Shown: positions 38,875 through 51,652 of the stretch, one piece after another | Numbering within the stretch: the first letter of the stretch is position 1 | How the letters are laid out: every line of letters starts with the position of its first letter | Source of the DNA: Dictyostelium discoideum | Lineage: Eukaryota | Direction: 5' to 3' | DNA length: 64,000 nt | Assembly: GCA_000004695.1 (NCBI GenBank) | Contig: CM000155.2 | Coordinates: 2,976,001-3,040,000 of the forward strand | Position numbers and translations under genes: made by a program | Notes under the pieces: model-generated | Databases searched by the model: none | Seen by the model: only the letters and a program-made list of their open reading frames with translations | Told to the model about the DNA's origin: nothing

Positions 38875-39924
38875 TTAAAAAATAATATTTACATAATAAG
38901 ATGCCCAATGAATTATTTCAAATTTCATATTATGATCTAGTTTTTTAAAGATTTCTAATAATAAAGTTTTAAAGATTAATTCTGGAGGAATACAATGACC
39001 TAATAATTCGTAGAGTTTACCACGTACTATTGAAAGTCTTGCAGGTGATTGTTCCTCAAAGCAATCCTTAACGATTTGAGAGATGTAATTTTCCCAATCC
39101 AACAATGGTAATTCCGTAGATTGGAAAGGATATTGTTTTGCTTTCTGAGATTCCAATAACATAAGAGCGTAACGTAAATTGCCACCAGACTGTTTAGCGA
39201 CGTTTACAGCCAATTTCGAGGGCAAATCAAATTTTTCAGCGGTTGCCACTTTGGCAAGCACCTTTTCAATCTCCTCTTGCGAAGGTGCAGGCACCCTGAT
39301 ACCCAAACATCTCGACTTGATAGGGTCAATAACTTTGGCAGTCGAGTCGCAACATAAGATCAAACGACAGAATGTTGCATATTTCTCCATAGTTCTTCTG
39401 AGTGCATGTTGGGCGTCTTTCGATAGTTTGTCAACTTCATTTAAAATCACAATTTTAAAAGCGCCCAATGAGCCACTATCGATTGGTGGTGATTGTGCAA
39501 TCTCTTTAATAATGGTTTGAATTACAACACGATCATATGATCCTGCCTCACCTGGATTAATCTCTATATGATAATGACTACTAATCGTTGTAATCTGTAT
39601 ATTCTTACTACTTGTTGGATGTTTAAATGTTCTATGATCAATCTTTAATTTCAATGCATTTGGTCCATATATCTCTTGTAATACCGCTAAAATCCTTGTT
39701 TTTTTACCTGCTCCACTTGGACCATAAACTAATAAATGTGGAAAATCACCACTTTTAATCTGTAAATAAATAAAAATAAATAAATAAATAAATATATATA
39801 TATTTTTCGTTTTTTTTTTATTATTATTATTATTATTTACCATATTCTTTAAATTTATTGATATATCATTATGATAATCCATCTTATCTAATGATGTTGG
39901 TTTATATTTATCAATCCATAACAT
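38875..39924 (-). CDS. rfc3: replication factor C subunit 3 (RFC 38 kDa / yeast Rfc5 orthologue) (2 exons: 39924..39841, 39759..38875)
   Basis: The protein is MLWIDKYKPTSLDKMDYHNDISINLKNM|IKSGDFPHLLVYGPSGAGKKTRILAVLQEIYG...FKIVILNEVDKLSKDAQHALRRTMEKYATFCRLILCC...SRCL. It is collinear with human RFC3, including the Walker A motif, the SRC motif and YPF. The in-frame intron (GTAAAT...TTACAG, 81 nt) reads through in the ORF track as an Asn/Lys-rich insert. Confidence 0.85.
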   Translation of the reverse strand: MLWIDKYKPTSLDKMDYHNDISINLKNMVNNNNNNKKKTKNIYIFIYLFIFIYLQIKSGDFPHLLVYGPSGAGKKTRILAVLQEIYGPNALKLKIDHRTFKHPTSSKNIQITTISSHYHIEINPGEAGSYDRVVIQTIIKEIAQSPPIDSGSLGAFKIVILNEVDKLSKDAQHALRRTMEKYATFCRLILCCDSTAKVIDPIKSRCLGIRVPAPSQEEIEKVLAKVATAEKFDLPSKLAVNVAKQSGGNLRYALMLLESQKAKQYPFQSTELPLLDWENYISQIVKDCFEEQSPARLSIVRGKLYELLGHCIPPELIFKTLLLEIFKKLDHNMKFEIIHWASYYVNIIF

Positions 39925-39998
39925 TTTTATTTATTATATATATTTGTTTTTATTTTATTTATATATTATGTGTGTTTATGTAAAAATTAAAATGAAAA

Positions 39999-40029
<31 letters not shown>

Positions 40030-40351
40030 ATTTGAATTTAAGAAATTGGCGGGAGTTTCGAAATTTATCTTTTTTTTATTTTTTTATTTTTTTTTTTTTT
40101 TTTTTTTTTTTATTTTTCTTTTCTTTTTATTGATTCCATTATTTAAAGATTTAACTAATTATTTATTTTGATTTTATTTTATTTGTTTTTAGATTATTCT
40201 TTTCGGATCTAAAAAAATAAAAAAAGGTAAATATTCAATAAAAACTAAATTTTCCCAGAAATTTGAAAAAAAAAAACAATTTTCATTTTTTCAAAATTTT
40301 TTTTTTTTTTCTTTTATTGCTTTTTTTTAATTTTATTTTTTAAAATAAAAA

Positions 40352-40384
<33 letters not shown>

Positions 40385-40430
40385 TTCTAACATTCTTTAA
40401 AAATAATAAATAAATTAATAAATAAATAAA

Positions 40431-42565
40431 ATGGAAGAAGAAGAAATAATTGAACCAAAAGATTTTGAAAATGAAGAATCAGAAAATATCCAAATGGATG
40501 AAAATGAAAAACAGATACCAATTCAAACTACAAATGATCCACAAAAGTAATTTATTTAATTTTAATTTTAATTTTAATTTTAATACTAATATCTTAATTT
40601 TTTATATATAGTAAAAATATAATGAGAATTTTAGTTGCAACAGATAATCATTTAGGATATTTAGAAAGAGATCCAATTAGAGGTGATGATTCATTTAATT
40701 CATTTGAGGAGATATTAAAATATGCACATACATTAAAAGTTGATATGGTATTATTGGGTGGTGATTTATTTCATGATAATAAACCATCAAGATCATGTTT
40801 ATATCGTACAATGGAATTATTTAGAAAGTATTGTTTAGGTGATTCACCAGTTAGAATTCAATTTCTATCGGATCAATCTGTTAATTTTTCAAATCAATTT
40901 CATACAGTGAATTATGAAGATCCAAATTTTAATATTTCATTACCAATATTTTCAATCCACGGTAATCACGATGATCCAACTGGTGAGGGTGGTTTGGCAG
41001 CTTTAGATTTATTATCAGTTTCGAATCTAGTCAATTATTTCGGTAAAACTGAAGATATTGATGATATTACAGTCTACCCATTACTACTTGGTAAAGGTGA
41101 GACAAAAATAGCGATCTACGGGTTAGGTAATATTAGAGATGAGCGTTTGCATAGAACTTTTCAAAAGCAATCAGTGAAATTAATGAGACCGGTGGAATCA
41201 AAAGATGAATGGTTCAATATTTTAGTACTTCATCAAAATAGGGTAGCCCACAATCCAAAGAATTATGTTCACGAGAAGATGATAGAAAGTTTCATAGATT
41301 TCGTTCTATGGGGACACGAACATGAATGTTTAGTCAATCCACAGGCATCGTCAGTGGGAGAATTCCATATTTCACAACCTGGTTCTTCAGTAGCTACAGC
41401 TTTATCAGAGGGTGAATCAAAGGATAAATTTGTAGGATTGTTGGAGGTTTATAAAAATCAATTCCGTTTTAAACCATTCCCATTGAACACGGTTAGACCA
41501 TTCATTATGGATCAAATCATACTTGCAAATAGTAACATACATCCAACACAACAGAATGATGTAATTCAATGGATTGAGCAAAAAGTAGAATCAATGATTG
41601 AACAAGCCAAATTAAAATCTCAAGGTAAACCCAACGAATCAATGTTACCATTGATAAGATTAAAAGTTGATTATACTGGTTATAGTACTATCAATCCTCA
41701 AAAGTTTGGTCAAAGATTTCAAGGCCGTGTAGCAAATCCAAATGATGTTTTATTATTCCACAGAAAGAAACCAACCACTTTATCAAGTAAAAAACAAAAG
41801 GATGGTGGTGAATTGGATGTGAATTCAATCAAAGAAAAAGAAGAAGATAAAGTGAAAGTGGCCGATTTCATAAGTGAATTCTTGGGTAATACACCAAATG
41901 ATCGTTTACAAATTCTATCAGAGAATGATCTATTCAATAGTTTACATTCATTCGTTGAAAAGGATGAAACCGATTCAATATTGAAAATGGTTGATCTCTC
42001 TTTAAAATCGACTCAAAAATATTTAAATTCAAAAATCTCTTCAAAAGATGCTTACCCAGATTTCATTGCTAAATATATTGATGATAATTTCCCATTACCA
42101 CATCAAAATGTATCTTCGGTCAATTCAGATTTATTACCAATAAATAATCCAAATGAATTTGAATCAAATTTATTAGATGAAGATTCTCATGGTCATGAAC
42201 ATGGTCATAGTCATAATCATAGTCAAATGATTGATAATGATGATGATGAAAACATTTTAAATCAAAGAACAATTTTTAAATCACCACAATCAAATAAAAC
42301 AGCACCAACAACAACTACTACCACCACTACTACTACATCTTCACAAATTTCAACAAGAAGAAAATCTTCAACTCAATCTTCAACTCAATCTTCACAAACT
42401 TCAATTATAATAGATGATGATGATGATGATGATGAAATTAATGAAGATAATGATGATAATGATAAAGATTTTGAAAGTGATGAAGAGAAAACTCCACCAT
42501 CAAAGAAAAGAGGTAAAGTTAAACAAGTTGGTTCAGTTTCAAAAAGATCAAGATCAAAGAAATAA
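40431..42565 (+). CDS. mre11: double-strand break repair nuclease Mre11 (2 exons: 40431..40546, 40612..42565)
   Basis: Exon 1 is MEEEEIIEPKDFENEESENIQMDENEKQIPIQTTNDPQ, with donor AAAG|GTAATT in phase 2. A 65-nt intron ends TATATAG|, then N-KNIMRILVATDNHLGYLERDPIRGDDSFNSFEEIL...LLGGDLFHDNKPSR...FSIHGNHDDPTG...WGHEHEC follows. These are the Mre11 phosphoesterase motifs I-V. The tail is acidic/Ser-rich. Confidence 0.85.
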
Positions 42566-42650
42566 ATTGTATTATAAATAATATATAAATAAATTTTTTT
42601 TTTATTTTTTTTTTTTTTATTTTTTTTATTTTTTTTTTTTATTTTATTTT

Positions 42651-42925
42651 TTAAATAGAATCCCAATCAGTTTTAATATTATTTAAACTTAATTTATCCA
42701 TACTAATAGTATAAGAATAATGATTTAAAAAATAATCAGTTTGAACACCAATTGAAGGTATACAAAGTGGTAAATTATCAGAAGCATCAGCGATAACCAA
42801 GAATAATAATTTTGTATATCTTGGATAACTTGAAATTATTTTACGTTGATTTCGATCAAAATGAACATGATCAACTTGATCATAAAATCTAACTATTAAT
42901 TTTGGTAATGATTGTGATGATGATA

Positions 42926-42994
<69 letters not shown>

Positions 42995-44648
42995 GTAAAG
43001 AAGATTTTGATTGTTTTTCTGAAATGAAGATTGTAAAATTATGAAATTTAAAATAAGTGTTAATTGGTAAATCTACTTGATTACTTTTTTTAGGTTGAAA
43101 AACAGATTGAGCTATTAGATAATGATTGAATTTATTATTTTCAAAATTTTTTTCATTGTAAATAAATAATTTATGAGAAGAGATTGGAATATTTGGTTTT
43201 TGTTTTAATGAGTTTACAATTTGATTATATTTCTTTTGTTGAAAAAATGAAAATTCATTACTAATAATACAGCTTAGTCTATGAAGTAAACGAGATTGAA
43301 TGGTTGGTGGTAAACTATTATAGTATTTCAAGGGTACTCTAATTAGGGGTAATCTCAAATCACGAATATTATTTTTATGTTCATTGAGTTCTAAAATGTC
43401 ATTTAACATCTTTTGTAAAACTTTATCAGTTTGATCTTTAATCATTCGGATTGGAGTTAAACCACTAAGGAATTGTTTTAAATTTATAGTTGTTGATAAT
43501 GGTGATTCAATTGAAAACTCTTTGAAATCTCTTAGTTGATGACGTGTTTTATTTCTACTATAGGATACTGGATCGTCGTTGGTTGGATCATTAAAATATT
43601 GAATTGATCTTTCTGAACAAAAATCCAGTATTTCCAATTTCGAGAAATCTAATAATGGTCTCACCAATAGCACAGAGTGGGTATTTGAAATTTTGGTTAT
43701 TTTAGTCATGGCTGCTAGTCCATCCAATCCACTGTTTTTATTAATTCTTTGTATAAATGTTTCCATTTGATCATTTAAATTTGTTCCATAAAATATTAAA
43801 TTATTACCATTTCCAACAGACTCACTCATTAGTATCTCAATTCTTTGATTACGTAATGACACTTGTTGTTTACATCTTTGTTCATCAATTTCAACTACTT
43901 TATGTTTAATTTTAATAAAGTTTGAATTATTATCATTGTTGATTAATTGATTGATGATTTTACTTATGTATGGTATATCCTCGGCTACAGGATTTGTCAT
44001 TTTATGATCGATTGTAATCACTGTGATTTTTAATTTTCTATTTACATTGGCTGAATTCTCTCCAATACACCAATTCTTTAATAAATATAATAATACCATA
44101 CTATCACTACCACCAGATACACCAATAACTAATGTTGATTTATTACTAATAGTTAATGTATTCATAAATTCTTGAAATTTAAATTCAATCATTTTAGAAT
44201 CAAAGAAAATATCTGGTCTTGCTTTTGCTTCACTTATTTTTTCACTGTAATCATTACTATTTTTATTACTACCATTATTTTTATTTCCAAATAAACCAGT
44301 ATTTACAATTTTATTTGTTACACTTAAACTCATTAATTTTTTAATTTCTTTTAATTTATTATATTGATTGATATCAACTGGTAATCCAATTGTAGTTTCT
44401 TTTATTTTTTCATTTTTGTCAATACTAAAATTATCATTATCATTATTATTTTTATTATTATTATCATTATCATTATTATTGTTATATATATGTGTTGTTT
44501 TATTATTATTTATACCACTATTATTATTGTTATTATTATTATCATCATTAATATTATAAGTTGGTGATTTTGATGTAGTTGTTGAATAGTATGACACATT
44601 TATTCTATTCGCTATGGTATATTTTGGTAATTTAATTAATTTATTCAT
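42651..44648 (-). CDS. PP-loop ATP pyrophosphatase, tRNA(Ile)-lysidine synthetase (TilS)-like, with N-terminal extension and internal poly-Ser
   Basis: The 665-aa ORF contains TLVIGVSGGSDSMVLLYLL (PP-loop SGGxDS), then KLKITVITIDHKMTNP, matching the TilS VahVdHgLR block. The N-terminus MNKLIKLPKYTIANRINVSYYSTTT looks like an organellar presequence. A (GAT)30 repeat encodes about 25 consecutive Ser. Confidence 0.5.
42903..42992. repeat. (GAT)30 perfect microsatellite, coding poly-Ser on the minus strand
   Basis: Visible directly; uninterrupted. Confidence 0.95.
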
Positions 44649-44752
44649 TATTGATACACATAAATTTTTGATTATTTTTAATTTTTTTTAATCTTTTATT
44701 TTTTTTTTATTTTATATTTTATTTGTTTTGTTTGAAACTATTTTGCTTTTGT

Positions 44753-44796
<44 letters not shown>

Positions 44797-44872
44797 AATT
44801 TTTCCTGAAAATGATTTTTATAAAAAATGATAAAAAAGAAAAAAATTCACTAAAACAGTGACTTGGTTTTTG

Positions 44873-44906
<34 letters not shown>

Positions 44907-45202
44907 ATACCATTTTATACTTTAATTTTAAAATTTTATTCCAAAAATTATTTTAATATATATTTATATTTGGTTATCAACTAGAAAAGTAAAAATAAAA
45001 ATAAAATTAAAAAATAAAAATTTGGATATGTGGTCATCACAGAATTTAATTGTATAAAAAAAACTTTTTTTTCATTTTTTTTTTTTTTTTTTTTTTAATT
45101 ATTTTTTTTAAATTTTCAATTTTTTTTTTTTTTTTTTTTTTTAAAAATTTTTTTTTTTCTTTTGTTGTTCACCTAAATCATCATATAAAAAAAAATAAAA
45201 AA

Positions 45203-46245
45203 ATGAATAAAACTAATCAATTAATTAATATTTGTATTTTGGTCACATTATTTTTAATTGGAAGTTCATCAGCATTAACATTACAAGTTGAACCAAAATC
45301 ACAAGAATGTTTTTATAATTTCATAGAGTCTGGAAAGACTTCTTTACTCCTCTATCAAGTTATTAGAGGTGGCTTATTAGATATTAATGTTAAGGTAAAT
45401 TTCTTTTTTTTTTTTTTATTATCTCATTCCTATTGTTTTTCACATCATTACCACCATCACTACTATCATCTTTGTCACCGTCACCATCACTATCATCTTT
45501 GTCACCTCATCATTACTACGCCACATCACCGCCAATCATACCTTTTTAAATATTAATATATATAATTCATTATTTTTCGCATATGTGAAATATCATTTAT
45601 TATTGGTCACATTAATTTAGCTCACAGATCCAAAAGGAAATACAATTTTTGAACGTCTTCATTTTGATACACAAATGAAAGGTAAACAAAGTTTTACCGC
45701 TGGTGAATCAGGTGCATACAAAGTTTGTTTCAATAATGAAATGTCAAGATTTACCGCCAAAGTTGTCACATTTACATGGGCTTCTGAAGAAGAAGGTGTC
45801 AAAGAAGTTGCCAAAGGTGGTATGTATTGATTATTAGAATATAAATTACTATTATTATGGTGTATATAGAAAGAAAGAGAAGAGAGAAAGAGTTGGAAAT
45901 AATAAAAAGGTAATCAAATCGAGTTTATTAATAAAACCCTATATTTTTTTATTTTTTAAAAAAATTAATTAAAAAAAAAAAAAAAAAAAAACAAATTAAA
46001 ATTTAGATTCAATCACTCCAATGGATCAATCAGTTCAAAAGATTGAAAGAGTTCTTCAATCAGTTATTCATGAACAAAAGAAATTAAGATATAGAGAACA
46101 AGCAAACAGAGATACCTCTGAAAGTACTAATGCACGTGTTGTATGGTGGACAATCGCTGAGGTTATTGTATTAGTTGTAATGGGTGTTGGTCAAATTTGG
46201 TATTTAAGAAAATGGTTTGATAATAAATCAACAGGAAGAGTTTAA
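45203..46245 (+). CDS. p24/emp24 (TMED, GOLD-domain) cargo receptor (3 exons: 45203..45394, 45621..45819, 46007..46245)
   Basis: The protein is MNKTNQLINICILVTLFLIGSSSALTLQVEPKSQECFYNFIESGKTSLLLYQVIRGGLLDINVK|LTDPKGNTIFERLHFDTQMKGKQSFTAGESGAYKVCFNNEMSRFTAKVVTFTWASEEEGVKEVAKG|DSITPMDQSVQKIERVLQSVIHEQKKLRYREQANRDTSESTNARVVWWTIAEVIVLVVMGVGQIWYLRKWFDNKSTGRV. It has a signal peptide, a GOLD domain, a coiled coil, a TM segment and a short cytosolic tail. Donors are GTAAAT and GTATGT. Confidence 0.8.
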
Positions 46246-46549
46246 AATAATTTTTTAAAAAAAAAGAAATAAAAAAAAAATAAATAAACAATTATAATAA
46301 ATAAAATAATTTTTTATAAAAAAAAAAGAAAAACATATAGTCACATTATCCACACCCAAATGAAAGGCTTTTTTTTTTTTTAATATTGATTAGTTCCAGT
46401 GTAGTTAGTTTACCATTTATTTATTTTTTGTTTTTTTTTTATCATTTTCCATTTTTTTTATAATCTTTTTCTTTTTTTTTTTAAAAAAAAAAAAATAATC
46501 AAAATCATGATATTTTTAGAATAATCAATAATTTTTTTTTTTTTTTTTT

Positions 46550-49500
46550 TTGCAAATCAAAACAATAAGAATGTCATTTTTTAACAATGATTTTAAAATA
46601 GATAGAATTAATAATAGTAATAATTATGAAAAATCATTTTGGAAAATTATTAGTAATTTTTATCTATTAAAATTAATTTTTAATAAAATTAATGATACAG
46701 AGTGGATAAAATTTGAAAATCCAAAACAAATCAATCATTTTAAAAATAGAAAAAAGTTTAAAGATATTACATCTTTAAAATGGATGTTAAAAAAAAAATT
46801 ATTCTCATTATTAAAACTTAAAATCAATAACAATGACGAGTTTATTAATATTGATAAACATTCGATTTATGAATTATTTCGATCATTATCATTGACTCCA
46901 AACTCTATTAATGTTTTAGATAATACTATTCATGGTAATAATGATGAAGAAAATTTCATTGAAACTCAAGAGAATTGGATATATAATGATCTTGAAGCAC
47001 AATATGATCAACCAAAATCCATTGTAGAATATAATGAAAATGATATTATTCAAATTAAAGAAATATTAAATTTATTATTAAATAAGAGAAGGAATGAATT
47101 TGAAATTTGTGATTTAACAAATGCAGCGATTAATTGCAATAGTTTATATGTTTTGAAGTTATTAATTAGTGAACCATATTATATTGATGTTATTCCATCA
47201 TCGATTTTATTGGCATATAGAAAATGTGACCCAATTATTATTTTAGAATTATTTAAATTTAATAAATCAATTTTTTCATTTTATGAAATTAAAATTCACT
47301 CTTTGGAACAATCAAGTAAAAATAAATACAATTCTTTAGAAATGGTTAAATTTATCTTAGAAAATGATTATTTATATAAATTAAATGAAATTGAAAAACA
47401 ATCACCATCATCATATATATCATTATTTTTTATTGAAATTTCACATAGGAAATTAAAAGTTGAAAATGTTTTAAAATTAAAATGTTTAAAAACTATTAAA
47501 ATTTTAATGGAATTAAATTTAATTGAACCATCAACATTTGTTGATAATTCAATTTTTGATGTATTAAATTTTAATAATACTTTTGAAGAATCAAAAACAA
47601 TTTTGTTGTTTTGTTTAAAGTATTTCCCAAAATTAAAAAATGATAAAGAAATCAAAAAAAAACTAGAAAACATTTTAGAAAATGATTGTGATAATTTAAA
47701 AGAATTACAAACGTTGATTATAATAAATTTACATCCTTTAAATTTATATAGACAATACATCAAGAATTATCAAGAATCAATAGATGAATGTCATTTAGAT
47801 GGTTTAGTTTCAAATGATTATGATATGGAATCCAATAAATTTATTACCTTTTATAGATTATCCACTTTACTTTCTTTTGGGGGTCAAAAAATATTTAATC
47901 TTTTTAAATTGGATAACGCAAGAAATTTATTATTAACAGAAAAAGATATTAAAAAAAGTAATATAAAATTTCATCCTTTATTATTTGATTCATATGATTC
48001 ATCAAAACTTTTAATTGATAATATATCAGTAGTAGAGTGGTTAATCGATAATAATATGATGTTAAGGGTACTCAATTCAAACATGATTTCTATTAAATTT
48101 AAATCTTTTGATTTTGGATTATCCTGCTTTTTAAATTATGAAGTATTAAGAAATTTAAAAAGAAGTTTAATATTTGAACAATTTTTAAAGGATTTCTTTT
48201 TCTCATCAATCGAAAATGGATCAATTAATATATTGAAAAAAATAAGTAATATCGTTCGAGAATATATCAATGTATCTCAATTTTATAGTACAATAGAGCT
48301 TTTTTTACCAAATGATATATATATTTCCTTAGAGGTGTTTAATTATTTCAATGAAAATGGTTTTAATGGTTTTAGGGATCAATTACTATATAAATTTTTA
48401 AAACTATCTATTGATAAACATCCATCATTAAAAAAGGTTAAAATAAATCATAATCTAATTGGTTTATATGACTTAATCCTTTTTTTCCCAAAAGATTTAA
48501 ATTTAGTTAAATTATTTCTTAATAATATTGACAAATTAAAAGAAGATAATCCAATTCAAGAGTTAGATAATAATATATACAATCAATATTTTGATTTAGT
48601 CCAAAACAATTTCAAAACAAAGCAATTGGTTTCAATTATTAAATTAATTATCTCAAAGTTTAATAACAATTCAAATGTACATATTTTAAATCATTATTTT
48701 AATCTCTTGATAAGAAATTATGGTGTAACTATTGAAACTATTAAAACAATACAAGATCTACTGTTTGAAAATTCAATTGTTATTGAAAATTCTACAATTC
48801 GTACATTCTATTACCTAAATGCTAGATCCCCAAAATTTACGAAATTAATACTCACAGGAATTAAATCATATTGGCTTTGTTTAGGAACGGATCAAATTAA
48901 ATCAATTGAAATTTATATTAGTAATTTCAATTATAAATATTTAACTGAACAACAAGAAATTTATGGAAATCAAAAATTTAAAAATTCATTTGATATAATT
49001 TTAAAAGAGTTAATTTCAAATATTATTTTTAAAAAATTTAAAACTAATCCAAATATTGAAATAAGAGAATTTGAAAGATTAACTAAACCTCTTTTAATAT
49101 ACTTTTTAAAAATTGGAAGAAGAGATTTATTTTTAGAAAATTATCAATGGTTTAAAATGATGTTATATAAACATTTAAATAATTTAAGTATTTTAGAACT
49201 AATTGCGGAATGTACCTCATCAATTTTATCTCCATCAGTTCCTTCGAATGGTAATCTTAAATTATTAAACTCAATATCACCAATTTTTAGAACCAATTAT
49301 TTCAATGACAGTTTTAAATTTAAAAAACCAAATGATTTTGATTTGAATTTGTTTTTTAAATCTTGTAGCCAATATGAACTTTCTATAGTATTAGAAAATT
49401 ATTTCAATTCAAATAGTTTCCTTTCAAAGGCTTTATTTGAATCATTTGATTTTAATAACATTGATAATTTAAAGTTTTTAATTGAAAATTATAATAATCA

Positions 49501-50227
49501 CATTCAATTAATTGGTTTATTTGATTATAAAAAATCATGTTTTCTATCTTTAAAATTTATTTTAAATAATTTCCCACAAAAATTTTATAATCATATTATA
49601 ATACCAATTGAAATTCAAAAGGAATCATTAAATGATTTAGAATTTTCTGATAATTTTTTAAACTACATTTATATTTATTTCAGCAATAATGTAGATTCAT
49701 TAAAATTTTTAAATTCAGAAAATGGTAAAATAAATCAATTCATTCAAGAATTAATAATTAAAATTAGGGAATTAATAACAACAAATAAATTATTTTTAAT
49801 TGAAAAAACTGATCAATCAAAACAACAAAAATCAGATAAAAATAATGAAATTAAATCAATAATCGAACAAAAAGATATTAAAGAATTACTATTATCAAAT
49901 TTAAATAATTATTTAGAAATTAGAGATTCACAAAGGAATTTAAAAAAAAGTGAATTTGAAATTAAATATTTAAATGATGATAATAATTTATTTATTCAAT
50001 CATTTATAAATGGTGATATTAAACAATGTGAATTGTTACTACTTCATTTTAAAAACTTTATTTTAACAAAATCTTCAATAACAAAAACAATTATAAATAA
50101 TAATATTTTTATAATTAAATATTTTTATCATAAACTTATAAAAATTAATTTAATTTTATTAAATTATTTAAAATCACAATTATTACAAAATTATGACTAT
50201 AAATATAATTTAAATTGGTTAGAATAA
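46550..50227 (+). CDS. large Asn/Ile/Leu/Lys-rich hypothetical protein (1225 aa), lineage-specific
   Basis: An uninterrupted 3.7-kb ORF in roughly 80% AT DNA. There are no recognisable domains. The likely initiator is the Met at about 46571 (MSFFNNDF...). Confidence 0.5.
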   Translation: MQIKTIRMSFFNNDFKIDRINNSNNYEKSFWKIISNFYLLKLIFNKINDTEWIKFENPKQINHFKNRKKFKDITSLKWMLKKKLFSLLKLKINNNDEFINIDKHSIYELFRSLSLTPNSINVLDNTIHGNNDEENFIETQENWIYNDLEAQYDQPKSIVEYNENDIIQIKEILNLLLNKRRNEFEICDLTNAAINCNSLYVLKLLISEPYYIDVIPSSILLAYRKCDPIIILELFKFNKSIFSFYEIKIHSLEQSSKNKYNSLEMVKFILENDYLYKLNEIEKQSPSSYISLFFIEISHRKLKVENVLKLKCLKTIKILMELNLIEPSTFVDNSIFDVLNFNNTFEESKTILLFCLKYFPKLKNDKEIKKKLENILENDCDNLKELQTLIIINLHPLNLYRQYIKNYQESIDECHLDGLVSNDYDMESNKFITFYRLSTLLSFGGQKIFNLFKLDNARNLLLTEKDIKKSNIKFHPLLFDSYDSSKLLIDNISVVEWLIDNNMMLRVLNSNMISIKFKSFDFGLSCFLNYEVLRNLKRSLIFEQFLKDFFFSSIENGSINILKKISNIVREYINVSQFYSTIELFLPNDIYISLEVFNYFNENGFNGFRDQLLYKFLKLSIDKHPSLKKVKINHNLIGLYDLILFFPKDLNLVKLFLNNIDKLKEDNPIQELDNNIYNQYFDLVQNNFKTKQLVSIIKLIISKFNNNSNVHILNHYFNLLIRNYGVTIETIKTIQDLLFENSIVIENSTIRTFYYLNARSPKFTKLILTGIKSYWLCLGTDQIKSIEIYISNFNYKYLTEQQEIYGNQKFKNSFDIILKELISNIIFKKFKTNPNIEIREFERLTKPLLIYFLKIGRRDLFLENYQWFKMMLYKHLNNLSILELIAECTSSILSPSVPSNGNLKLLNSISPIFRTNYFNDSFKFKKPNDFDLNLFFKSCSQYELSIVLENYFNSNSFLSKALFESFDFNNIDNLKFLIENYNNHIQLIGLFDYKKSCFLSLKFILNNFPQKFYNHIIIPIEIQKESLNDLEFSDNFLNYIYIYFSNNVDSLKFLNSENGKINQFIQELIIKIRELITTNKLFLIEKTDQSKQQKSDKNNEIKSIIEQKDIKELLLSNLNNYLEIRDSQRNLKKSEFEIKYLNDDNNLFIQSFINGDIKQCELLLLHFKNFILTKSSITKTIINNNIFIIKYFYHKLIKINLILLNYLKSQLLQNYDYKYNLNWLE

Positions 50228-50348
50228 ATTATTATTATTTTATTATTATTATTATTATTATTATTTAAAAAAAAAAGAAAATTATATATTATATTTTATA
50301 AGTTTATTCGAACAAAAAAAAAAACCTTTTTTGTTTATTATTACTTTA

Positions 50349-50374
<26 letters not shown>

Positions 50375-50380
<6 letters not shown>

Positions 50381-51620
50381 AAAAGAACCATCAAAACCAC
50401 TAAAACCTGATAATAAAAATATTGGATAATAAGGTTTCTTTGCGATTTGAGCAGACCATTGCCAAGCAGAAGTTAATCTACCATCAATACAAGAGCCAGC
50501 ATCGAAAAAGTTATCGGCACCACTACCATCGAAAGCGTGTTTAAAGAAATCACAAAGGATGATTTTGGTTAAAGTTTGTGGACCACCAAAGGTGTTTTTG
50601 ATGTAAGCAACTAAATTTGGATCGGTGATCTTTGGAATATATTCAATGGTTAAAACGATTGGACTTAGGATTCTAGAGATTTGAGTGTATTTATCGATGA
50701 AAACCAAAGAGTTTGGAACGTTATGATCACCCAAATGAATAACGGAAGAACCAACCCAATCATCACCAACTTTTTTTTGAGTTTGACGTAGAATACTATG
50801 CATAATTTTACCAACGTTTGGACATTGTTGAATACGATTTAGACCTTGACCAGTGTTTGATAATTGATATCTGTGTCCGCATAAAAGATCAATTTCTGCA
50901 AAGTACCAAAGTTTAAACATATCATGAAGAATATGTTGCCACAAGGAGAGTGATTGATATACATAGTTATATTGTTTACGATGATTGTGAGAAAGACGTG
51001 CACCACCAATGCCATGTTCCAAAGCCAATGAAAAACCTCTCTCTGATTGATTTGGACTAAAGTATTCCTTGAGGAGATGTTTCATTTTCTTGACTGGATC
51101 ACGATTCTCCCTAAGGAATGTATGATTATCACAGATGGAGTAAATACAAACCTCAATCTCCTCTGATTTCAACATTGATGATGAGTAACGACGTGATAAT
51201 GTTTTGATTGCATGTTCCTTTTCACGAATTTCACGTTGAATTTGAGGTCTGGTTTTATTCTCTGCTAAAACCTCACGAGTTGCCAATTCTAACAATGGAT
51301 CCTCTAACAATTTGAGTCCGTTACGTTCATCCAAAAACAAGAAAACGGTTTTCAATGGTTTAATCATATTAAGTCCACTAAGATTTTTCTTTACATCTTC
51401 ATCTGCTGCATCTTGTAATAAATGAATCATTTTACCATATTCAGTTCTCATCTTTGCTGGATTCATAATCTTGTGTCTTCTACCAATTTCAAAAACATTT
51501 TGAAAGAATTCTTCATTTTCAAAGAAATCTTTATTTTCAACTAATTGTTGACCTTTTTTAAAATCACTTTTTTTTTAAAATAATAAAATAAATAAAATTA
51601 GTTTTGAAAATTTATAAATT

Positions 51621-51652
<32 letters not shown>

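Noticed and set aside
39179-39520. 113-aa + strand ORF
   Set aside because: It is antisense to the strongly supported RFC3 coding exon.
45050-45556. 168-aa track ORF beginning MYKKNFFF...
   Set aside because: It appears to start at a TTG and reads through a poly-T promoter tract. It then continues past the first exon of the p24 gene into its intron (…DINVK then VNFFFF…). The real gene starts at the internal ATG (about 45203) and is spliced.
47368-47763. 131-aa minus-strand ORF
   Set aside because: It lies entirely inside, and antisense to, the 1225-aa + strand ORF. Its Phe/Lys/Asn-rich composition mirrors that gene's codons.
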